64,000 bases of DNA, from the NCBI GenBank assembly GCA_010909165.1, contig MU008158.1:1761478-1825477 (forward strand), in the 5' to 3' direction. Made by a program: the position numbers and the translations under genes. The notes under the pieces were generated by a model, which had not been told where the DNA came from, ran no database searches, and saw only the letters and a program-made list of their open reading frames with translations. Origin of the DNA: Anthoceros angustus. Its lineage: Eukaryota > Plantae > Anthocerotophyta. Of the stretch, positions 1 to 11,964 are shown one piece after another (the first letter of the stretch is position 1; every line of letters begins with the position of its first letter).

Positions 1-1801
1 TCTTAAAACAGTACCTGAAAGTCTGTTGACCCTAGCCTGAGCTTCTGCTCGTTCAGTGACACCAGAGACAAACGTAATATCTAACTCTAACGGTGTCTTT
101 CCTGTAATCTGTGAACCGGTAAATGGTACCCAACAGGACAGGACAAGTTTAGCACAGGACACTTACAAGTAAATCAAGACTGTGCTGGTAGACTTACAAA
201 GCATGCTAAGACCCAAAAGAAATGCTTGTTGCATACGACCACAACCAACCTGGAAGATTGCCGTGTTGGATGCCTGATGCACTTCGTTAGGAAGTTGTAA
301 GCGCCCATTTGTTTGGACCTGATATCAGACTGCTTGTGAAGGTCATCCAGATTCTAAAAGACACAAGGTCGTTCAGGCACAACAAAGAGCAAGGTCCAGT
401 GGCTATTAGTATACCTGTTCGTGCAACACTGCCAAAACAAGCTGAGTAAAATTGTGCATGTGATTGGTATTTAAACCCACGTAATTTATGACCGGTGCAT
501 CCTGTTCACATACAGGAGTACAAAATCAGCAATGTAATAACTCGGTCACACCCCTAAGATTCAAAAGGACCAATAGATTGCCCTACTGCCGTCATATGCG
601 AGCATTATAAGTGAGAACCTCTCTTATAACAACGAGCCAGATATCACAGATACACAGGGGTAACCCCTATCACCTGTACCTTCTGCTGGATATGCAGTTC
701 CCAGTCGTTGATTTCTTTGGAGGAACCAGAGACAGCAGGCCCGCCATGCTCATCTCCCTGCCTAGGCCACAGATTCAAGATGCCTCCTTGTTCATCGTGA
801 ATATATAAGAACAATGAGCTGAAGCTTTCCTCCCTGAAAAGGACAAGTATGTCAGCTCCAACACCTGACTTGAACAGGTTCTCAGGTAGGGACAGCTGAT
901 TAGCAAAACACAATACCTCAGACCTTCGACCTTGATGCGGGCAGCCCAGTCACCACCATACCCTGCCCCTGATTCCAAGCTTTTTATGAAGGATGTAGAA
1001 AGTAACGTGGCCTTATCTACCAATTCCTGCTCCACTCCCCCAGAGAAGCTCAACTTATCACATATACAACACTTCCTGCACAGCTCAAAATGGCAAACCT
1101 CCAGACTTCCAGAAGGTGAACCGACAAGTTGCACACATACCTGATGCCCATACGTGACACCATCATGCTTTAACCATCCATATCTCTCCAACCCGTCAGA
1201 TTCCTCACACGTATGCCGCAGAGAAAACTGGCCATCTTTTATTCCGACCCACATCAAGCCAACCAACAACGATTTCGGGGACCTGAATTGCCCCATCATC
1301 AGGACGACAAATGTCGGCAATGAGCTATGCTGTAAAGAGATGACGCCTTAAAACCTGCTGCCTGCAGAGACACCAACCTGGTGCGAAGGCCAAAGTAAAG
1401 ATGTGGTCGGTAAGTGCCCCAAAACAGCCGTTCCCGATGCTCACCTTGAAACTGCCACATGGTTGCAGAACTCAGCACAAAATTTGCAGTTGTGCAAGGC
1501 ACAGGAGCATTCGTTCACAATCTGTACTGACCTGTGGCAGATCTGCAACCCGCTCTGCTGGCAGCGGTGTAATTGCTGTAACTTCTGGTGCACTATGGAT
1601 ATCTGCGTACCAGGATTTCACAAACGTCCTCAATGCTAGCACGATTAGCGATGCCAAAATCCCGTACATGGGAATTCTGATGTAGGCAGGGCGCTGCTTG
1701 GCAGCCTTGGGCGGTCTTCTGGGGGGCTTGATCTGTCCAGACTGCGATGCAGCACCCTTGCCGGGCCTGCGCTGCTTCATGGTGCCTTCCACCTGATCCA
1801 T
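1..1801 (-). CDS. GCS1: Mannosyl-oligosaccharide glucosidase I (GH63), 5' part, multi-exon, runs off the window start
   Basis: Exon translations give a basic N-tail and TM helix (MYGILASLIVLAL), then FQGEHRERLFWGTYRPHLYFGLRTR, SPKSLLVGLMW, LRHTCEESDGLERYGWLKHDG and GYGGDWAARI, all glucosidase I motifs. Short GT-AG introns. Start at 1801 or 1780. Confidence 0.93.
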
Positions 1802-2055
1802 AACTCAATGTTCACTCCTTTGAGCCTGAGTCGGATCCTGAGGTCTAACAAGTCATCACGTAGCACTGCATGCAGCGTGCGTTTTCTCACGACTTGCCAT
1901 GTGTCTAGGCTAAACCCAGGATGCACGGGACCTCTAAAACCCCAGGCCCTAGTGTGTGAAGTCTGTGTGTTTGGAGCTTTCCTATTCGAGGTCGTTCAAT
2001 TGTCAGGGGCAAGCAGGCAGGTGACGAGCTTCCTCCTTGAGAGGCGCGGGGATCG

Positions 2056-2817
2056 ATGGTGACCCACGTCGGAGAGTCCAATGTCGATGACAGGCCAGGA
2101 GAAGGAGCAGGAGGGCGGAAGGACCAGGATCCTGATCCTGACGGGTCGTTCTCACAGGATGCAGGAACGGCAACCTCACCGGTTGAGACGGCATCGATTG
2201 CAGGAGATGTGACTGATGTCAGTCCAGCTTTGGAAGCGAGGCAGGGCGGAGAGCCTGCTGCTGCGACAGACGGAGGACCAAGGGGCAGTGGCGGGGAGGG
2301 AGACGTAGCTCGTGATGCGAGCAGTGGGGAGAAGCCAGGAGGTGAGGCTAACTCAATTCCTGTATCGGATGTTCCAGATGAGAGGTCGCAAGGGCAAGCA
2401 AAGGTTAAAGATCTTGAGGCTGAAGGATCCGCGGGGGATGTCATCTCAGAGCCATCGTCCTCTGGAGGACCTCCACCTGACCCGTTTGCAGTGGCTCTGG
2501 AGAATTTATTCCGGAATGTGACGCAAATCGTCCAAGGAGAATTCCAGCTTGCACACATTGATTACAGGCTCCTGGAGAAGCTCAATCTGCGGGCGGCTAA
2601 GGAGTATGACAATTATGTAGACTTTGCAAATGGCCTTAGAGTATTTGTGGAGCAGGTTAGGGAGAAGCACGACAAGTTCCGGGATTATCTGTACCAAATC
2701 GAAGAAATTGACAGAGAAGTCACGCACCTGGAGGCCCTGGTGTCTACTCTGGACAGCTACAGTGGCTCCTTGTACACTAAAGTCATGGCCGCGTACAGCG
2801 AGCACAAACATCAATAG
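2056..2817 (+). CDS. BLOS2: BLOC-1 subunit 2 with a long acidic, low-complexity N-terminal extension; intronless
   Basis: The C-terminal ~110 aa (ALENLFRNVTQIVQGE..LLEKLNLRAAKEYD..GLRVFVEQ..IDREVTHLEALVSTLD) match the plant BLOS2 coiled-coil pattern. Confidence 0.85.
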   Translation: MVTHVGESNVDDRPGEGAGGRKDQDPDPDGSFSQDAGTATSPVETASIAGDVTDVSPALEARQGGEPAAATDGGPRGSGGEGDVARDASSGEKPGGEANSIPVSDVPDERSQGQAKVKDLEAEGSAGDVISEPSSSGGPPPDPFAVALENLFRNVTQIVQGEFQLAHIDYRLLEKLNLRAAKEYDNYVDFANGLRVFVEQVREKHDKFRDYLYQIEEIDREVTHLEALVSTLDSYSGSLYTKVMAAYSEHKHQ

Positions 2818-3922
2818 CATACTCAGCAATTGGACTTTTCAGCTTTTCGAGTCAAGTTCAGAAAAGTGTTGTTCAGGTGTGTGTCCTGTTCTGTGTTATC
2901 TATAATCTAGTTCAACTTGAGCAGGTTGGGGGTGCTATTTGCCAGCAAGAAGCAAAGCCTCCTGCCTGCGAGGGAAGTCACGAGGTTCTGATGGGAATCG
3001 TATGCTGGCCGACCAGGAATCGATGTGCTGAAAGGAAACTTTCTTCTCAGGAACTAGGAATCGAAATGCGGACACGAAATATTCTTACCATTGACCAGGC
3101 AACAAACTGTTCAACGGAGTTCTTGTTCTCATGGACCAGGTTAACTACGATCCTCACATACTCATCACCTCGCCCGGGGTGGGAAAGCGGACTCGCCATC
3201 TGAGATGGTGCCCCACACAAATTATAACACAAGAAAGCTGTGGGTTGTCTTGAACTTAAGGAAGGACTAGAGGGCAGCCTGCAAGAGAAAGAGTTGTCTG
3301 GTCTGCACGCTTTAGTGTGTTCTGCACATCCCGCCAAATTATCTCACAACATCGCAGTCCGTCACCAAGGGCCCCAGACCTGGTGTGGACCGAAAGAATA
3401 TCCGACTTGCAAACAATAGGAGAGACACTAACAAAACGCGGTCGCAGTCTGCCAAGCATTAAGGCAATGCTTGCCTACATAAGCCACGTGCACAAGAGCC
3501 CCATGCAAGCACCGACACGTCTCCCCAGCTCTACCCACAACCTTGTCTTCCGCAATTCTAATCAGGACCTGTCTCCAGCAATTCTAATCAGGTCCAAACC
3601 TCCACCAGCTGGTGCCCTCCCGCCCGTGCTCAAGCAAACCTCAGGAAAGTTAGCAACCGAGATCGCCAGCACTGGCCACCTCGACATAATGGCAATCCTG
3701 GGAATGATCTGCAGCCAAACCGAAGTGTCGGGCCACCATGCTTCGGTAGTACATTCGGGATCCACAAACATACTTCGCAACTGTCACCTGCTAGAATCCT
3801 CTAACCCGAAAACCCCTTTAATCCTACCCACTACAACTGTTGTCTACATGTAAGAAGACTTCTGAACCTTCCGCGCAGGAAGACTCGGAGAAGTTATTGA
3901 GGGCAGAAAGGATGGCAACGAC

Positions 3923-5737
3923 CTACTGATAGAGAGATTTCTGAAGAACCCTGAGAGCATCTTGTGTGTCTCTGTTAGTCGGCTCAAGCACGAGCACTTG
4001 CTTGTAGTCTTCTTCGGCTTCCCTGTAGTAGCCAAGATACTCTCGAGCTCTGCCCCTCCTGAAGTACGCCTTTACACTCTTCTTGTCGAGAGAGATGGCT
4101 TTGCTGCAGTCTGCCACCACTTCCTTGAAACTGCCCATCTTCATGTGCGCCATAGCCCTGTTGGTATAGTAACTGGGATTGCCACCATCCAGCTTGATGG
4201 CCTCGGAGTAGAACTTCACGGCCGTTTGATATTCCTGCTTCTTGAAGGCGGCGTTGCCTTGGTCCTTGGCTGTTTCTGCACCTTCACTGTTGACGTTGGT
4301 GACAGAGGCGACCTCAGGAGCGGCAGCCTGTTCTTGCAGAGTGCCATAGACTGCCACGACTGTGTCCAACAACAACTGGTCCGCCCCTGGCCTTGCAAGG
4401 AAAGAAACCGATTGAGGGATGCCGTCTATGGATCCCACGGGCACGCTGACCTGGGGGCACCCCGACATACCCGCAATGGAGAGCAACATGAAAGACCGGG
4501 CCCGGAACTCATTCAGTGTCGACAACCTGCTGTTCTTCCTGGGAGGGGGGCCGGCGCAAGTGGGCAACACCAAAACCACATCGCTTCTAAGCAAAGCAAT
4601 CAAGGCAGCCTGCACGTCGGTCTTGATCCTCTGGGCAGCCAACAGACCCTCCTCCTCGACTCCAGCTAGGGCTGCCTGCACCCGCTCAGCAATCCCAGGT
4701 CCCAACTTGGGACTGGCTTCCTTCAGCCACTCCTCGTGGTTGGTCTTAAACTCGTAGGCCTGCAGCAGGAATAGAGAGTCCCTGAGTGCCTCCAGGGCTG
4801 CGAACCCTACATCGCCCTTCCCAGCATCCGCAGACCCCCTGAGAGCCGGAACCTTGTTCGCCAAGTGATCCCCCACATTAGCGTGCCCCACATTCTGCTT
4901 CCCAAACAGCTTCTCAATAGTCCTCACCACCACAGCCACATTCCTGGCCTGCGAGGCAAGCGTAATCTTGAACAAGTCATCGGCCACGACAAATCGCCTG
5001 GGCAGCCGGATCTCCGAGTAGGCGGATCCCAGCAAAACCTGCCCCACCAGCCGCAGCGTGAGCGCATCCTTGGCGAACCATCCCACCGTGTCGAAGCTCT
5101 GCGCCATGGGCACCACCCCGACGGTGGACACGGCCCCGTGCGAGGGCCGGATCCCCAGGATCCCGCAAAACGCAGCCGGAACCCTGACGCTCCCGCCAGT
5201 GTCCGTCCCCAGAGCGAAATCCGCGTGCCCTCCCGCCACAGCCACCGCGGAGCCGGAGGAGGATCCCCCGGGCACTCGCCCCGGGGCAGCGGGGTTGTCC
5301 GGGGTGCCATAGTGGAAGTTCTCGCCCTGTATGCTGTACGCCAACTCGTCCATGTGCGTCTTGCCCAGGCATCGGGCTCCCGCGTCCACCAGCACCCCGA
5401 TCGCGTGCGCCGTCCGGAAGGCCGGCTGGTGCGTCTCCCGCCATGCGGGGTTGCCGAATCCCGTCACGAAGCCCTCCACGTCGAAGATGTCCTTCACAGC
5501 GAAGGTGAGATTGGTGAGCGGAGGGGGAGCCAGCGGCGGCGCGGGCGGCGGCGGCGGATCCAGCTCCAGGTACTGGATGAAGGCGCCGTGCTTCTCCTTG
5601 AAGCTCTGGCCCAGCAGATTGCGGCGGAAGAGGTAGATGCCGGCCACCCCGAGCCCCAGCAGCACCCACAGGTTGGCAGCCATCCTGCCGTGCCTCTGCT
5701 CTTCCCCGTCCCCTCTGAGATAGCGCCACAATGACAT
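3923..5737 (-). CDS. TOC64: TOC64/OM64-family protein (TM anchor + amidase signature domain + 3 TPR), intronless, 604 aa
   Basis: TM segment NLWVLLGLGVAG; amidase motifs FAVKDIF, PGGSSSGS and GTDTGGSVRVPA; TPRs AKDQGNAAFK..YYTNRAMAH..KAYFRRGRARE. Confidence 0.93.
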   Translation of the reverse strand: MSLWRYLRGDGEEQRHGRMAANLWVLLGLGVAGIYLFRRNLLGQSFKEKHGAFIQYLELDPPPPPAPPLAPPPLTNLTFAVKDIFDVEGFVTGFGNPAWRETHQPAFRTAHAIGVLVDAGARCLGKTHMDELAYSIQGENFHYGTPDNPAAPGRVPGGSSSGSAVAVAGGHADFALGTDTGGSVRVPAAFCGILGIRPSHGAVSTVGVVPMAQSFDTVGWFAKDALTLRLVGQVLLGSAYSEIRLPRRFVVADDLFKITLASQARNVAVVVRTIEKLFGKQNVGHANVGDHLANKVPALRGSADAGKGDVGFAALEALRDSLFLLQAYEFKTNHEEWLKEASPKLGPGIAERVQAALAGVEEEGLLAAQRIKTDVQAALIALLRSDVVLVLPTCAGPPPRKNSRLSTLNEFRARSFMLLSIAGMSGCPQVSVPVGSIDGIPQSVSFLARPGADQLLLDTVVAVYGTLQEQAAAPEVASVTNVNSEGAETAKDQGNAAFKKQEYQTAVKFYSEAIKLDGGNPSYYTNRAMAHMKMGSFKEVVADCSKAISLDKKSVKAYFRRGRAREYLGYYREAEEDYKQVLVLEPTNRDTQDALRVLQKSLYQ

Positions 5738-5817
5738 GCAGCAGCCACTGCCTCTACGCCCGCAGCGGATCGGTTCCAGCGCCGATCAATCCCTGCACTC
5801 GCCTCGTCCCTCCCCGA

Positions 5818-5843
5818 CTGCCTGCCTGCCTGCCTGCCTGCCT
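5818..5843. repeat. (CCTG)n microsatellite upstream of TOC64
   Basis: About 6 perfect CCTG units. Confidence 0.9.
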
Positions 5844-6866
5844 ACCCGCCGGCCGGCCCCGAGCGGCGGCAAGGTGGCGATACTACCATCCCCAAATCTT
5901 GCGTCCACAAATAATACTTCGGCTGACCTTTGTGTCTCTGTATGTGTTCGTGTGTGAGCGCAGAAACCTAATCAACTCCAGCGATTCAGCGTCACATGAC
6001 AAAGAGCTTCTGCTGCAACGACGCCTCGGATGCTCTTGCCCTTTAGCTCTGCACTTCGTGAGCTGTATCGCCGCCGAAAATCACTGCTCCTGGGTAGGCT
6101 GCATCCACAGCTGCTGCATTTCACGACCGGGACACACGCCGGCCCGGGTTTAGGGTTAGATTTCAGGTCTCCTTGTTATCACTCACCCCGAATGAATTTC
6201 GCTCTCTTTTTTTTTTCTCACTCGCTTCGAATGAATTTCGTTCTCATGTTTTTCTAGCGGAACAATTTCCTTCTCATTTGTCATTTGGCTTCAGGTCCTG
6301 TTAATTGAGAATTTGTTTTGACGGTAGCTACGGTGTTTCACAGGAGGAATCAACGCATAGAAAAAAAGTGACCACACACCGTGTCTAGTCTCACTAGGGA
6401 TTGTCACAAGAACAGTGGCACACTTCGGCGCTGCCTGCTTTGAAGAGCCTTGGACACAAGTGGGCATGAGATATGTAGATACTAAGGAACCGAAGGAGCA
6501 CCTGCGCTCTCTCCCAAGTTCCGAGAAGTGCTTAGCCTACCAGGAGATAGCTTTGAGCCTTGGTTCCTAGGGTTCAAGGAACTTGCAGAGCCCGCATGAG
6601 CCCGCCTACCATGAGACTGCCCACCATGAGCATGCCGCTATCAAAAGTGCACACCAATTGGTGACGAACGTGAACGATAATATATGCACATATAATACAC
6701 AACATAGAATGTCTGCAAATAAAAATCAGCACAAGATTTCACTCCTCTCATATTGGATCAACCACTTGCTCATTGTACCTCTTCAAGGAATAAGCAATCA
6801 TTCATCCGAAAAAGCACAATGTGGGCTACACAATGATACTTTTAAAAAAATTATATTAATCTATGA

Positions 6867-6887
6867 ATATATATATATATATATATA
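6867..6887. repeat. (AT)n microsatellite
   Basis: About 10 AT units. Confidence 0.9.
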
Positions 6888-7049
6888 GTAAGAAATAATT
6901 CTTATCTGAGGTGTGTCTAGAGTGTTCAAGTAAGGATTAAGATATTGTTATCAAAGGTATGTTCTTAGTCATAAAAGAACAAGTATTTTTATTGAGAATA
7001 AAAATGATGGGAAGAACATCTAGAGGACAGCCAAAAAGGACCCTGAACT

Positions 7050-9250
7050 AGAGGGTTAAGATAAAAAAGAGCAACTAAGCTCCTTACTGAAAGTTACCTA
7101 CTACTCCTAAAACATCATAAGCAGGAAGAACAAAGGGCAGGCAAACCAAACCATGGAGGAAGAGGAAGACGCACGGAGGAAGAGGAAGAAGCGTCACCTT
7201 CAGTTGCCGCCTTGTGGAGAATCGCCATCGAGAGGGCCGTGTGGAGGGCGATGGAGACGCACTGTCGTAAGTAGGTCGTGAAGTGAGAAAGGGACAGCCC
7301 CGCGCCGTGCCGACGGGCGTGGTAGGATTTGACAGAGGACTTGAGAAATTTATTGCAGCCTCAAGAGTTAAGATGAAAAGGAGCAACTAAGCTCCCTACC
7401 GAAAGTTACCTATTGCTCCTAAAACATCATAAGCAGGAAGAACAAAGGGCCTATAAACCACGAAGGAAGAGGAAGAAGCGTCACCTACAGTTGCCGCCTT
7501 GTGGAGAATCGCCATCGAGAGGGCCCTCTGGAGGGCAATAGAGATGCACTATCGGAAGTAGGCCGTGAATTAAGAAAGCGACAGCCCCGCGTCGTGCCGA
7601 CGGGCGTGGTAGGATTTGGCAGAGGACTTGAGAAATTTATCGAAGCCCTCGGCCATTGCCCCGTATGTTTCGAGAGCGAGCGGGATAAAGAGGTGGCCCG
7701 ATAGTAGCCTATTGTATACTTCCGGATCTTGAGGGCCACAACCCCAGCAGCAGTCCAACCAGGGCGGTTGGTGATGACCTAAGCAGAGATAGTTTCGCGA
7801 GCTGGGTTTGTAACCACCACGCCCGCCACCAAAACCTGATCACAACGGACAAGGTACAGGTCGGCCCGGATGGAGCGACCTGCACGAAGAGTGTACCCCC
7901 GCTCCCTCCAGGCCATGTAACCACTTTCGTGAGCGGTGGCAAACATGACATCGCGAATGGCATTGTGGGTAGTGATGCGATGACCCCGTGGGGACAACGA
8001 GCAAGGTGCGCCCCAGAGTCATCAAGGGCAAAGCTGCACTCGTAGGTGAGGAGAGAAGACGCCATAGGCTAGAGTAGGCCTAGACGTGATCGCATCGCAG
8101 TGGTAAAGGTGGTTGGTGCAATGACAAAATCCCGTATGCATGGGAGAGTCACAAGCGAAGTGCCTGCCCCCTTATTAGAACAAGAGCGAAGCTGAGACCT
8201 TGTGCACCTAGGGATGGAGAGGTCAAGGAGGACAGACTGAAAAGCCTGGCCAAGCTGCTTCTTAAGTAGCAATGCTTACAACCACCTAAAACCATCGGTG
8301 ATGAGGGGAAGATTCCCTCCTCCACACCAGATACGAGGTCCTTCAAAAAAGGCCTGTCCTGAAGGATGAAGTTAAAGGCCAGTGTGGGGGTTGAGGGAGC
8401 CCAACTGCCTAAGAAAGCCGCCAGGGAAGAAACCTCTTGTGAGAGTAGGCCAGTGCCCCAAAGTTGCATTGGCATGAACGCTTGCCAGCGAGCTAAATCA
8501 CATGTTGGGCACTTAAACGCCCGTGGGCCCATGATGTCCCCCAGAGTATCCATAATCTTCCTGTCAAGCCCCTGCAGTCGAGACAGGAGGACCGAAGATG
8601 GAGGCAACGTGTGGGTGAGGCAACCAGGGCGCCAAGAAAAATAGGAGGAAAGAATACCAAAGGCCACCTGAGCATCCCCAAGCAAAGAGAGGTCCTCGAC
8701 CGGGGATAGGTCCAAGGAAGTTGTCGAAGAAGTCGGGGGAAGCGAAGAGGACCCCCAGAATCCGAAGACCCAAGGCTGAAGCAATTTCCCCAGCAGCGAA
8801 CTATAAAGTGGGGAGGATCCCCGATGGGGACCAGACACGGCACTTGGAAAGCTTGACCTTTAAGGCCACTAAACAGAGCTCATGGGAGAAGAGCCCGAAG
8901 GCCTCCTTGACCTTATCTCGAGACCCAAGGATGTGAGAGTCGTCTGCCAGCGATGGAAAGACATAGTCGCACGCAGAGGAAGCTGGCCTGCAGTGGGCGA
9001 CAGCGAAGAAAGCGCCGCCCACAGGGTCGCATTGCTGAGTACCAGTGGCCAATTCCATGATAGAAATAGCAAATCCCAAAGAGGCGTTCTTATAATGGTA
9101 GTAAAGGTTAGAAGACCTCCTATAGAAGTATAGGACAAAAAGGAATAAGGCTCCCAAGTAAAGTAAATACCATTTAACAATACGATTATGATACAATTAT
9201 GCAACGAACTCTCACAACAAAAGAATTGCCCTTGCCACGAATCCACGAAT
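7050..9250 (-). mobile_element. Decayed, 5'-truncated non-LTR retrotransposon with a restriction-like endonuclease (CRE-like); 3' end present twice in tandem
   Basis: Minus-strand fragments: RT motifs GTQQCDPVG, LADD and LKVKLSKC; PMQLWGTGL (LPxRxGGLG-like); HLARCPHG..THNAIRD; RLE motifs RADL..VVVTNP, KIRKY and FIPLALETYG. Many frameshifts. About 7050-7360 duplicates about 7362-7640. Confidence 0.8.
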
Positions 9251-9438
9251 CAGCACAAAAAACGAGGGCTTGCCACGAACTGTGATAGCTAGAAGAAAAT
9301 AAGAAAAGAAGTTTTTTTTATTGGTAGTCAAAGGCATGTGTGCTTGCCACTTTTTTGGAGAGCCACTTATCGGCACTTCACGGTGAAGGTATAAATAACG
9401 TAACTGAAGCGGGAAGGGACCGTGCGGATGGGCTTGCG

Positions 9439-10056
9439 ATGGAGGAGCAGTTCATCCTGCGAGTGCCCCCGGCTCTGGCGGAGCGCCTGGAGCGAGTGCT
9501 GAACGAGGATTCTGCTGCGTTAAACGATGGCTCCATCGACCTCTCCTTCTTGGAAGACGGCAGGACTGGCACGTTTGTCATTGGCGAGGATTCTTTCCCT
9601 GCAGCTTTACTGGACCTGCCCGCGGTTGTGGAATCGTACAAGACCTACGATCACAACGTGCTCATCAAAACGGCTGACGTCGGGCAGATGATTGTGGTAC
9701 GAGAGGCGAGGGACCCGGCGCCCGAGACGCACGAGTTCAAGCATGGAATCACGCCTCCGATGCGGGACGCTAGGAGGCGGCGGTTCCGCAAAGACCCGGA
9801 CTTGAATCCGGAGCTGGTGCAGCAGGTGGAGAATGACCTGCAGAGCATCCTGGCGGGAGGGACTGCGCGGGACGTAGATGTGGAAGTGGTGGAGCAGGAG
9901 GAGGATGCGGATGATGGCGAGGAGGAGGGCGCGGCATCTCAAGCTGCGCCTGCGTCGGCCCCCGCCGACGCCAAGACCCCCGAGCCAGGGACCCAGGAGG
10001 CGGATGGGGATAACGACATGATGGACGAAGACGACGACGATGATGACTATGATTGA
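9439..10056 (+). CDS. TAF7: TFIID subunit 7, intronless
   Basis: MEEQFILRVP..LLDLPAVVESYKTYD..LIKTADVGQMIVV..HGITPPMRDARRRRFR, followed by an acidic tail. First ATG is at 9439; the ORF-track start at 9340 is non-ATG. Confidence 0.93.
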   Translation: MEEQFILRVPPALAERLERVLNEDSAALNDGSIDLSFLEDGRTGTFVIGEDSFPAALLDLPAVVESYKTYDHNVLIKTADVGQMIVVREARDPAPETHEFKHGITPPMRDARRRRFRKDPDLNPELVQQVENDLQSILAGGTARDVDVEVVEQEEDADDGEEEGAASQAAPASAPADAKTPEPGTQEADGDNDMMDEDDDDDDYD

Positions 10057-11964
10057 TTCAAGCTTCCATGTCGTGAGTCACTGTTTGCTACTTGCTCTTG
10101 AGGTTTATGTGGTTCCTCGTTGATGATGGGCTGCTGGTAGCAGCTCAGTTCTTCTGCCTTGCTTTAGGGTTGCAAAGTTCCGGCCTTTCTTGCAGGAGCC
10201 TTGGCAAGAAAGGCTCCTGCTTTGATGTCGAATGACGTCCTCGGTGTTTGCCCTAATTCTTGTATCCAACACTCATCCCTGCTGTAGCGTGGAATCGCCT
10301 TGTCTGATGTGCCATGGTTTCCTACCTTGCCTCTCGATTTGCCGCACATTCCCTCAGCAGGTACTCGGTGGTTCCACATGGTTTTCATCCTCTTCTCAAG
10401 CTGTAGCTGCTGGCCGAAATGGCAGATCTCCTTCCAAGCAGGAGCGGCATAAACGAGCAGGTGACTGTCGATGTATATTTTATGCCCTTTCCTTGAGATC
10501 AGAAGAAAAGTCTCCTTGACAAGGCTGCTTAGGCTTACACTACATGTGTGTGTCCGGGTCCTGATGGCAATGTATATTGGATTGGTATTCGCAGCTTCTA
10601 CGAAAAGAAGCAAGCAAGATTTGTGTCACCGATTGTCTGGTACGGTGACAAAAGGCAGAAACTGTATCACAGAATTGTCATCTAGTAAAGCTGGTTCAAG
10701 GCTACCTGGGTTCCCGGACCAAGGTAGCCCTCACGACGTTCTCCATGAGTCCATTGTCGTTGTCACCTCCTCCTGCGCTCACCTGAACCCCTGAACTCTC
10801 GTGCTGGCTTCAAATATTTAACTGCATGAACCCCCGAGTCTGCCTTCTTAGGACTGTACACTCTTCCGCTTTTGTCATTGACAGTGGTGGGCACTTCTGC
10901 TTTTCAGCTGTGACGGAGTGATGACGAGATGCAAGCAGCAAACAATGGAGGTACCTGCTCTCTAAAGATACGCCAAGTTTGTGAGAAGGTGTTGGTGAAG
11001 AAGAAGGCTATGTCCCAGGTTACCTTCGCCCGTCAATGCCGATTACCACCGATGCTTTTCATGACGGTCATGTTGCACACTAGCTCCTACTGGTTGTCCC
11101 GTCGGCGCATGTGAAACGTGTTCGGCGTCGAAAATCTCATTGATGCCCACACAGGTTTTGCGATATTTCCCGGGGATGCATATCTGATATTTTTAGCATG
11201 ACGCACGGTGGAAAATATTTGCTCTGTGGACATGGCCCACTCCTTCACTTCTGAACTGTGCCATTGGCACACACAGCGTGTCATGCTTGTGTTTGGGCTG
11301 TATTGTTGTTGCGGGGTCCTCATCAAGCTTTCCCCAGACGGGTGCCTTCCTTGCGGGGACGGTGTCGCTGGTGTGTGCTCCTGCGCTTGCTGCCGCAGAC
11401 TGTCACGAGAGTCGTTGCCCTCGTGAGCTTTTGATTCTGAATCACGTTAGGCAAAGACACAGACAGTGTACCTAGTACGACTGACGTCTTATTGCCGACG
11501 GGTCTTCGATGACAGCTATTCATGCAAGTACATATTTATATACTTGTCCAGTGTTGCCGTCCTGATATTGTAGGCCTGGTGACTATTGTGCACGACGAAT
11601 CGCACAATCAACAAGGCTTGGCCACTCACATAGTGGGAGACTGAGCTCAAGTCCAACCCCCCCACCGAGTTTAACCTTTTATAATACAGGGCTGCATTCC
11701 AGCCGGGTGTGGATGTCTCCACCGATGGTGTTATTTTATTCTACAAAACAGGACTGACAACTCCTGTACAATTACTGTCTGTATACCTGGCTTGCCTTGT
11801 CCCGAAAGATGTCCACCGCCGTAGTGTGCACGACTGCTGGAGAAGGAACTGCGAGGAGGACAGCTAGGTGCCTTCACCGTGTCCACATCTAAGATCCCTG
11901 AAACAAAGATTGCGCATGGAAAAACATGGTCCATGAACAGGTAGGACAAGAGGGAACCACCATA

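Noticed and set aside
2877-3853. ORFs between BLOS2 and TOC64
   Set aside because: No motifs, mostly non-ATG starts; probably UTR or intergenic sequence.
3962-5734. Long overlapping ORFs (235, 289 and 250 aa)
   Set aside because: Alternate-frame or antisense shadows of GC-rich TOC64.
6145-6158. Telomeric repeat or telo-box (GGGTTTAGGGTTAG)
   Set aside because: Fewer than two full units; it may be a telo-box but cannot be told from chance.
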